A stretch of DNA of 64,000 nt from Eledone cirrhosa (lineage: Eukaryota), in contig OZ024741.1 in the NCBI GenBank assembly GCA_964016885.1, positions 303,118,001 to 303,182,000 of the forward strand, written 5' to 3'. Made by a program: the position numbers and the translations under genes. Every line of letters begins with the position of its first letter. The first letter of the stretch is position 1. Positions 54,067-64,000 of the stretch are shown here, piece by piece. The notes below the pieces were generated by a model, which worked only from the letters and a program-made list of their open reading frames with translations, made no database searches and had not been told where the DNA came from.

Positions 54067-54885
54067 CACGAATAGCAGCATATATAATTAAGTAGATGCT
54101 AGGAAATATTAGGAAATAAAGTCAAGTCTTTGTAATCAAATGCAAGAATAGTCGCGCATCAGTTTCTCAAAACTTGAAAATTCCTCGATGATATGCGATA
54201 CTTAAAAATAAGAGATTCGCCCATCTTTTGTTGTAAAATCTGCAAACAGATGGACCGGCTGTTGTTTGTTTTTATCTCTTGGTTTACATTTTTGGTTTTT
54301 ATTAAATTTGTTTGTAACGTTGAATTTTTTTTTTTTTTTAAGAAAAATGAGAAAAATACAATAAAAATACTCAACGAAGTGAAATTATGACTAAGTCACT
54401 TATTTGGAAACCTTCTAGGTTTGCAAAGAATGTAATCTCACTCGGTCAAAAAACAATCGTGAGAACTAGCTGTGTTCATTTTAGCAGTGTACAGATTATG
54501 ATTTTAAAAAAAAAAAAAAATGAATACACAGAAAAGAAGTAGATAAAAAATAATAATTATTTTTAATTTAGGCACAAGACCAAAAGATTCGTGGAGAAGG
54601 GAAAGTCGATTATATCGATCTGAGCCGGAAAGACGAAAGATAAATTTGACTTGGGCAGGATCTGAACACAGAAGAGACCATATAATAATAATTGTTTCTA
54701 CTTTTGACACAAGGTCAGCAACTTGAAGAAAAGGGGAAAGTCGATTAAATCGAGTCTAATGCATTTCTGGTTCTTTATTTTATCGACCCCGTAAGGATGA
54801 AAGGCAAAACTAAACTCAACGTGATTTGAAATCGGGCGGTAAAGGAAAGTAACCCTATGCCGCAAAGCCTGTTGTCCGACACTGT
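53750..54885 (-). mobile_element. Several SINE-A copies (53750-53875, 54560-54885)
   Basis: gtcgattaaatc..ctggtactttattttatcgaccccgtaa. Confidence 0.7.
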
Positions 54886-54908
54886 CTCATCTTCTGATAA
54901 GAATAAAA

Positions 54909-54940
<32 letters not shown>

Positions 54941-56559
54941 ATAAAAATTATAAAAAATAAACCAAAGAAGCCTTCAATACATCAAAAGTCTTTATTAGCC
55001 AACAATGTTTCGACGGCTAATTCTGAGCTCAGCCGTTGGGGTCCTACTCGTTCCTATTACCCACTCTACTACCCTAAGTATTGAGTACTCTGGTGCGTTA
55101 TGGTCCATCTGGTTCCTTACCACACCTACGTTATATATATATCTGCGTGCTTCAAGAATATACCTCGTTTTTTTTAAAATATATTTTTTTCCATGCCTAC
55201 TCGTGTAAAATGCTGTACATTTACTTAATGATTCTCGTACGTAATTGTTATATCTAGCAAGTCAAGTAACCAGCCCCGTTGATATCTTGTGTAATACTCC
55301 AAAGGTGTATTGGGGAAAGGAGTAAAATCTACAGAATTAAATGACATCATACACTGTGTGTGGCTCATTCTCGCCTCCTCTTTCTCTATGTATATATATA
55401 TGTATGTGTAATATATATATATGTATGTGTAATATATATATATATATATACATATATACATGTTCATATACATACAAGCATGCATGCATATACACAATGC
55501 ACACAAATATGTACACATACGTACATTAGATAGATACATACATATATATATATATATATATATTATATAAATATTTATCTATATAAATTTATATATATAT
55601 ATGTCTATATACTATATATAAATATTACGTAAATATATAAATTTATATCTATATAACACTATATATCTATATAACACTATATATCTATATATATATCTAT
55701 ATATATATATATAGATATATTAGTAATTTGACACCTTTGAAGAAAACCCACAGTTCTTTTTAATGAGCCACACACTGAACAACAGTTAATAGGCACATGT
55801 CCCTTCATAGAGCCCTTTATTCTTTTAAACCAGTTTCAAACAACACGGATGTAGAGGGGTGGAGTTGTGAAATCGTGGAGGGGAAATGTTCGAGCGGTGT
55901 GGTGGTTCTAATTAATTACACTGAGGGGATTAATTTGTGCTGAACACGGCGCAAGAATATGGAAAACCTGACAGCTGTTGTAATGAGTATCGGGTGTAGC
56001 TTGTTGGAGAAATAGTACAAGGTGAGAGAGAGAGGAGGGAATGAGAGACAGGGAGAGAGAAACAAAGATGGGAAAAGTGAAAGAAAAAGTGAGAGAGAAG
56101 GGGGTTGTTAGGGAGCCTTAATCGACGCAAAATTAGATTAATGTATTCTAAACACTGGTGTGTGTGTGTGTCTGTTTTCTTAACACCCTCCGTATAAACT
56201 TTCCTGTTTTTAGACAATCACACACACACACACACACACGACACAACACACACAACACAACACACACACACCTCCGAAACCCCCAACCCCCATATCACAT
56301 ATATAATCCCCGCTCTGTCTCTCACACACACCCATACACTCACTTCTCAAAAAGGACTTTATGGAAGCGTTAATATATATTTTTATGAGAAATACATCAT
56401 TTCGAAAGTTGAAAGTGTTGCTCAAAGACATTAACTGCATGCAAAGGTGAGGAGATTTGTGAACTGATGACTTAAGACAAAAATACAGCATCTTATGTCT
56501 TTGACTCCGCATTCTAGATATAATAGATTCGATGTGGAGTCATATTTTAGAGAATGGGG

Positions 56560-57090
56560 AATTTATAATCCAAATTTAAAATGTCAGTAGCGCACCAACA
56601 TCAGATCATTAGAAGAAGGGAGGTAGGTGTAAAAGACAAACTCGTTATCTTCAATTTGGTATTCGTGTCAACCCTTACTATGGTCATAAATCTTGGGTAA
56701 TGTCTGAAAGAATATGACCACGAATACAAATGGCCGAAATGGGATCCTCTGAAGCGTCTTTGGAGTAATGTTACTCAATAGAGTGCGCAGCTCGGAGATC
56801 AGAGAGTCGCTTCAGGTAGATCCGCTACTTCTCCGAATTGAGAGATCGCAGCTCCGATATTACGGGCACATGGTTAGACTCGGGAAAGAATCATTGGACA
56901 GATTTTACGGGCAAAACTAACCGGCCGGAGACCCATGGGGTAGACCCTGGGCATGATGATTGGATAATATGCATGTGCTGGGCTGGTCTTGCATGGGGAT
57001 CCAGTCGGATCATTTAAGAGGGTTGCTTCTGACAGGATCCGCTGGAAAGAGTGTTTGATGACCCTTCCCCCACGACCCTCAAAGATCTTA
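56560..57090 (+). mobile_element. Degraded RTE-clade LINE 3' end
   Basis: RIQMAEMG..LLNRVRSSEIRESLQVDPLLLRIERSQLRYYGHMVR. Confidence 0.8.
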
Positions 57091-57859
57091 AGGTTCAATT
57101 CATATTCTTAGTTTTATGACGTTAAAAGAATAAGAGGTAAATATATAAGTGGTTCAGATGTCAGTCTATCTATTTAATGTGATAACAGGTAAATTGCAAT
57201 ATCCAGATTACATGCGCTCCTTTATGACATTTTGCAATGAAAATATGCTACATACTTGTTTATTAAATACTTTTACTAGTATAGCCCGTTTTATGATGAA
57301 CAATATTTAATCAAGCCCAGTGCTAGGCAAGTAGAGTTTTATCGCAAAGAAATAATCCGGAAAAGCCTGCAATAGTCTGAGAAACTATACAATACTCACT
57401 CGGCTCATTTTAAGTGTGAAGGACAGTACACATGACTTATTCAAGGCTAGTTGCGGAAAAGAGTGGGGGAAAATGATTCATGGTTTCTTATCAGATCGCA
57501 GACCTGATCTAAATGTTTTTAACAGAGTGGTCTGCTCTAAAGTCACATAAGAGACCAACCAATGTAGTTGTTTTAAGCCAAGCGGCCAGTTAAGTATACA
57601 AATTAAAACGTCATCCACATATAACCACTGTTTATTCTAACACATACACACAAACAAAAATAAAAACACGCCACATCCGTATACACATACCAGCACTAAT
57701 GATTGATCCGGACACTCTTTTACCACCACACTTGACTACGTACACATTCACTTGCCTTCTCACCTCACACATCTTGATACAACCCTTTTCTTTTCTTCAA
57801 CCTTCCATCTACATCTGTACCTAATTTCATTCTTTCCTGATGAAGAACTATTGTCCGAG

Positions 57860-58112
57860 TGTCTCTCTATGTCTAAAGTCTGACTCAAGCCAGGATGCTC
57901 GTCGAGCCGGCGCCTATTCTGGTTTCGTGGCGTGAAGCAACTGAGAGTATAAGGCTCACCTACTGGACAGGATGCCAGTCTATTACAGGGTTATATGCCC
58001 AGCTATTCATTTTCAGCTGAGTATACTGGAACAACGTGAAATGAAGTGTTTTGCTCAAGAACACAACACACAACCCGGTCCAGGAATCGAACCCACGATA
58101 TTATGATTTAAG
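57860..58112 (-). mobile_element. SINE-B inserted into a hammerhead motif, 9-bp TSD
   Basis: TSD ttgtccgag at 57851-57859 and 58113-58121. Confidence 0.75.
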
Positions 58113-59213
58113 TTGTCCGAGACGTTGAGACAATTTTCTTTTTCCCACAAAAGTGAAACTTTTGTAATTGTTTTGAAAAGAACTTGTGTAATTGTCCTTT
58201 CTGTTTGTCTTTTTTTTTCATGTTGAACTTTATTCTAACGATCTCACGTAAATGAAACGTAAAATCCAAGTATAAGTTGAGTCATGAGTACAGAATAGTG
58301 TAGCATCTAACTACGACGATACGATAGGCTTCCGTCTGTTTCGACGATGAGCGTTGCAGTTGTTCGATTAACGAAATCACCTGCTCATGAAATTAGCATG
58401 TAAGTGGCTGAGCATTCCACAAACACATGTATCCTTAACGAAAATCAACGTGACAGTGTATAACAATGCTTGCCCTTTGAATTACAAGTACAGTTCATCC
58501 GACGAGCTTCCAAACGGTTTTCGCCCATTCAGTTTCACTCATAAGGCATGGGTTGGTTATGATAAATGACACTTGTCCAAGATGCCATGCAGCGGGGTCG
58601 AACCCAGGATCTAATGATTGCAAAACGAACCTCTTAACCGTTTGGACATGTTGCGTCCAAAACATCTAATTATATAAATGTAAAAGCATCTAACACGTCT
58701 CGCAACTGCAAAAGACATTTTCACTGCTTCGAATTAATACCGTGTGTGTTTATTGTTGTTTAGCCCCAGTTTGGCCCTGGACGAGCAGACATATGGTCAA
58801 AGTTATTCAAGCAGAGACCATCCGTTTTTTTTTTCAGGATTATATTTTAAGAAAATAGGATTCGTATGCATGCGAGTGTTTTGTTCACATTCGAAAAATA
58901 GAAAGATTGTGCTATTCTTGCCTTTCCAGTAATATAGTTGATACAGGTAAAAACAAAAGGAGCGCCATACTGACATTTTGAAACCTGGCGGAGCCCATAC
59001 CCTCTCCAGATCAGAATACAACCGATTTCATCCATATAAAGAATCGATCCCAGTAGTCGACTAGTAATTTATTTACCGACTTCGAAATGATGAAAGGCAA
59101 GGTTGATTTTGGAAGGATGTGAACTCGAAGAGCAATGGATCGGACCAAATACCGAAGCATTTTTAATCCGACGCCCTTACGACTGCCACACCGCGGCATT
59201 ATTAGTGATACAA

Positions 59214-59399
59214 ACGGTGGATTGGCAGTATCGGTAGAGAGTCGGACACAATGCTTTGCAGCAAAGAGTTACGGCCCTTTATGGTCTGAGTTCAAATCCC
59301 GCCGAGGTTAACTTTGCCTTTCATCCTTACGGGGTCGATAAAATAAAGTACTAGTAATACACTGGGTAATTGCTGGCCTTGTGCCAAAAATAGAAACAG
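59214..59399 (+). mobile_element. SINE-A with 15-bp TSD
   Basis: ttattagtgatacaa at 59199-59213 and 59400-59414. Confidence 0.9.
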
Positions 59400-60101
59400 T
59401 TATTAGTGATACAAGCGAAATGTAATTGTTTTAACTAGAAATTGGAACCGAGACATGAACTTATGATGTCTGGGAGATTACTTCTACAAGCTAGCGTTCG
59501 CCTCCAAAACAACGGTGACAAAGCAAACAAGAATTCTAAACAAGCTGGAAATAGTAACGTTAAATAATAGAAATGTTTAAAGTTCAAAATAAGCTTGTAT
59601 TGCTATAAAAAGTCACTGACATATGCACACGCTCACTTTCTCTCTACCTCCTCTCTCTTTCTCATCATATGTGTCCTAATTGTCTACTGTGAGCTTGTCT
59701 CTCTTCTCCTGTTTATATCTACGTTCATTCCTCAGCTGTTACCTACCTTTTTCACTTTTTTCATCTGCTTTATGTCTTCATAGACTGTATGTATGTATAT
59801 GCATATATATATGTATGTATGTATGTATGTATATATGTGTGTGTGGGTGTGTGTGTAAGATAGTATTTAAAATACCGCAGCCAGATGAAGTGACTAAGCA
59901 GAAACATCGAAGTCACTGTCTCTTTTCTTCTTATAAATGACACACATAGACACACAGACACACACTTTTAAAATCACACAGTCTCCGTTCCAGCTTGATG
60001 GCTGACGAGTGAAGATGATGTTATGTCTGTTCCCTGTCGTAATTGTTCTCATCTCTGTTCATTTGTGCAGAAATTTGACAAGGTATTATATATATATATA
60101 T

Positions 60102-60420
60102 TGGATTGGCAGTATCGGTAGAGGGTCGGACGCCATGCTTTCAAGCATAGTTACGTCCCTTTACGATCTGAGTTCAAATCCCGCCGAGGTTGACTTTGCC
60201 TTTCATCCTTACGGGGTCGATAAAATAAAGTACCAGTAATGCACTGGGTAATTGCTGGCCTTGTGTCTAAAGTAGAAACATATATATATATATATATAAT
60301 TGTTTCTATTTTAGGCACAAGGCCAGCAAATTACCCAGTACATTACTGGTACTTTATTTTATCGACCCCGTAAGGATGAAAGGCAAAGTTCACCTCGTCG
60401 GGACGTACCCTCTACCGATT
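60102..60420. mobile_element. Tail-to-tail inverted SINE-A pair separated by (TA)n
   Basis: + copy 60102-60280, - copy 60297-60420. Confidence 0.85.
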
Positions 60421-60451
60421 AAAATGTAGTTTGCTTGAAGCAATGTATATA

Positions 60452-60768
60452 ATATATAACGTTGAAAGAGATAGAAGGCGAAACAATGCAAAATGGACTG
60501 TAAGATGAGGTAACGAAAAGTAAGTTACCTGGTAATCATTGTTTTGATTTTTGTTGTTTTTTTCTGTCCAATATTTCGGGACCTAAAAATCCCTTCTTCA
60601 AAGTTTAAAGAACTTTCCAATTTCCTCTCTTTGGGTCCCGAAATATTGGTAAGAAAAAAGAACAACAACAAAAAACAAAACAGATTACCGGGTAACTTAC
60701 TTTTCGTTACTTCATCTTGCAGTCCATTTTGCATTGTTTAGCCTTCTATCTCTTTCAACGTTATATAT
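60452..60768. mobile_element. TA-flanked fold-back with hammerhead-like motif
   Basis: Arms about 60452-60590 / 60630-60768; minus strand TTGAAGA agggat tttta ggtccc GAAA tat T. Confidence 0.8.
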
Positions 60769-60784
60769 ATGTATATATATTCTT

Positions 60785-61105
60785 TTTGCTCTTGCTCAAC
60801 GAGGCCGGGATCAGCTTAATCAGGCGATCCCAGAAGCATCATCGTGCATCGAGCCGACTCGCTATCGTAACATATTCGTGTTCTTCTGGGCGGGTTGTTG
60901 GCCCTCGGCAGAATAGACGGATGCCGGGGCTGCCATCTTGGCGGCGAGGCGACACGCCGCGGGTCACTGTTAGTCTGGAACCTCGAGGGAGATACCAGCC
61001 CGCCTAGAGAGGTCCTACCAGGAGCAAAGCTCCAGACGTTGACGCTCTTTCAGATTTATGGAACACACAAGCCCCCTCGCCACGACAAGGACAGACCCAG
61101 AAAGA
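60785..61105 (-). mobile_element. RTE-like 5' end fragment
   Basis: Minus strand ccttgtcgtggcgagggggcttgtgtgttcc..gctcctggtagg resembles the start of RTE/BovB-type elements; GC-rich. Confidence 0.5.
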
Positions 61106-61422
61106 TCATTTCTTAAGTATGTGTCGCAACGGTATTCGATTCTAATGAGCGGACCAACAACATCACGATGATTTGGTAGAGTATTGGCTCCTGAGCGGGA
61201 ATCAGGTTGCTTCATTCGAGTCCTCGCTATATATATAAATATGTACATATATATATATATATATATATATGTACATTATATATATAATACATATACACAT
61301 ACATATATACACATATATACACATATATACACACACATATGAATATATATACACACATATATATAAATATATATACACATACACACATATATATATATAT
61401 ATACACACACCCATATATACAT

Positions 61423-62235
61423 CTAGGGCGGGTAAAATTCCCGAGATCCATGGACGAGTTCTCTCCAGCGGTCTCTGTCCCTCATTATCGCTGCCATGTA
61501 CTGCGTCTCCAACAGACCAGTGTCTGTCCTTAGGGCATCAACATACGTTAATCTTGGTCTTCCTCTTCCAGTGTGTCCATGTAGGGGCTCCCACAGGAGC
61601 ACTGAGTGCAATGTCAACTCTGGATGTCGGTGAGCATGTCCAGCTAACCCCAGTCTCCTCTGTGTCACTTTTGAGCTGACTTTTGGGAGGCTCCCATACA
61701 GCTCTGAGTTTTTCATCCTCAGTCTATACTGATTAATGTTCAGAGCCATCCTCAGCCTTTTTGTGTAGCACCCATCCACCATCTGAGTGAGTTTCTTGGT
61801 CAGTGTCCAAGTCTCAGACCCGTACAGCAGCACGGACTCCACTACAGCAATGAAGAGGCGGATTTTCAGGTCTTTACGAAGATCCGACTTCCACACCGAT
61901 CTCAAGCTGTGGCATGCCGCCCAAGCTTTGTTCTTCCGCTCAACCACAACATCTTCCGTATTCCCAATCTTTGCTCCCAAATACAGGAAGCCCTGAACCA
62001 ATTCTAGCGGCTTCCCGCCTACATTAATGATTCCCTCTGGCTTCTCAACATTCTCTACCAGATATTTTGTTTTAGTCTCATTCATTCTCAGCCCCACACT
62101 GATCGACACAGTCTCAACCTCCTGCGTCAAATCCTCTGCCTCCTTCACTGTATTTGTCACTAAAACTATGTCGTCGGCAAATTCAGCATCTGATACCTTT
62201 TTCGCCTTAACTCTCCTGCTCTGAGCCGGTGCTAC
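61423..62235 (-). mobile_element. 5'-truncated RTE/RTE-X LINE with open RT C-terminal frame
   Basis: FADDIVL..GLRMNETKT..FLYLG..LKIRLF..VESVLLYGSETWTLT..DGCYT..RRLGLAGH.HRH..GRGRP..TY; no stops over about 270 aa. Confidence 0.92.
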
Positions 62236-62645
62236 AGTAAATGTACGTATGTATATTAAAAAACGCATATAAAATTAATTATATAAATAATGACAAAAAG
62301 GGGGAGGTGGTAAAGAAGGGCAGGTCTGGGTGTATAGAAAAGTAAAAGAAAGGATTATAAATGCTAAAAATGAAAAGAAAAAGATAGAAAGAGCAAGAGC
62401 TATAGGGAAAGGGCAAGGATTATTAGGCAAGGAAGGAGAAAGGGTGATAGAGAAAGTTAGTAAGACCCTCTTAGTGTATACGTTGAACAAGATTGAAACC
62501 TGACCTGCATGGCCGCCGTTTCCACATACTAGGCCACTATAGAGTTATTATATACTGAGATCTATAGTGAAGTTCCACAATGATACACAGATGTCCAATA
62601 ATTCAGGTTGATATTAATGATCCCCGAGTGGACATATATTGGTCA

Positions 62646-62858
62646 CTGATTTAGGCACAAGGCCAGCAAGGGGGGGGGTTAAGGAAAGTCGATTAAATCG
62701 ACCCCAGTGCATTACTGGTGCTTTATTTTATCGACCCCGTGAGGATGAATAGCAAAGCTGACCTCGGTGGGATTTGAACTCAAAACGTAAAGGGTCGTTA
62801 CTCTATGCCATAAAGCATGTTGCCCGACGCTCTAGCGATACTTCTAATCCACCGTCTT
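62646..62858 (-). mobile_element. SINE-A with TSD
   Basis: ggacatatatt at 62630-62640 and 62863-62873. Confidence 0.85.
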
Positions 62859-64000
62859 TCGAGGACATATATTAAGTATACAATTCCTTCTCATTTCTCA
62901 CTTTCACCGATACATACATAGGCTTATGCACACACTGACAAAACCCTACACACCCAGACATTCCACACACACACTAACACCCAAACAAACGCAATCACCC
63001 TACACATACACAATCACATACACAAACACGTACACAAACACACACATACACACACACATTGTTATTCTAAAACAAAATTTAAAAAATATACGTAAAAATA
63101 TAATCCACGTTTATAGTGCAAACATATTTAAAAGGCATTGATAGTAAAAAATAGAAAGAAAAAAATAAAAACACCCCAGATTTCCCATCAGACTATCATT
63201 GCAACTGTCATGAAGAATCAAGAATATAACAACTGCACAGCAGATGGTTTGGAAGCTGAACAAATAATATATACAGCTGTGAGCCTTCGTCATGCTTATC
63301 CACTAAAATATATATCACCAGTTCCGAAACAACATAGTACTACTAAGAGCAAAATACTAAACTTTATTTGCCCCTTATACAGACCTGCCTACCTCTAAAA
63401 ACCCAAACGGGGAGTATCATGAAAAAAGGGTGCCCTAAAACGGGGAGAAATGATGCAAAATTGGGAGATTTTACATAATGAAAGCTATATCCAATTTCAC
63501 AAGAGAAGATATCTCTTACCCACCCCAATGTGGGGGAGATCTCCCTCGTCCGACGGGGAGAGTTGACAGGTCTACCTCATAGGTGTTCGACCTCCGTAGG
63601 CTCCGACGACGAGTGTTCCAATAGTACGAATAACGGATCAGTCTGCTTGTGAAATTAATATGCTGAGTATTCCAGAGACTCAGCGTAACATGGTATTACA
63701 TGACTGGCCCTTTATTTTTGAGGTGCAACTAACTTTTGCCAGCTGAGTAGACGTGACGCATTGCCAGGAATCGAACTCACGGCGTTGCGAATCGTGTGTC
63801 GAACACCCTAACCAATAAAGTACGCACCTTCACTCACCCTCATATACCCTAACATTGATGAGACAACTTAAATAGAGAGAACACAATGAAAATGTAATCC
63901 AAGATACACTATGACCATAGGTCTACTTTAATCAGAACTTACATTTAAATATAAAATCAGATCCCCCCCCAGGCATTGTTAATTTGTGAGGCTATGTTCA

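Noticed and set aside
63060-63300. Possible PLE linker remnant (CNC..C..G..IIY.A)
   Set aside because: Too short and degenerate to support without an alignment.

Overview
AT-rich, repeat-dominated eukaryotic DNA. The SINE families, the very dense (TA)n/(CA)n/triplet microsatellites and the LINE types suggest a cephalopod (Octopus-like) genome; this is an inference. No host protein-coding gene is recognisable, and almost all listed ORFs are microsatellite translations. The window holds about 30 copies of one tRNA-derived SINE, a second SINE family, and fragments of RTE, R4/Dong, CRE-like, CR1/Jockey-like and Penelope-like (PLE) retroelements. It also holds a split mariner relic and two MITEs. 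The main signal is about 15-20 short fold-back (hairpin) modules embedded in (TA)n tracts. They belong to several recurring families, and many carry minimal type I hammerhead ribozyme motifs with palindromic stem III (clearest at 12592, 13509, 13812/12293, 14731 and 49970). Some lie next to PLE GIY-YIG or RT remnants. At 11.2-14.7 kb one fold-back encloses an inverted copy of neighbouring DNA. Coordinates were read by eye and may be off by a few bases.
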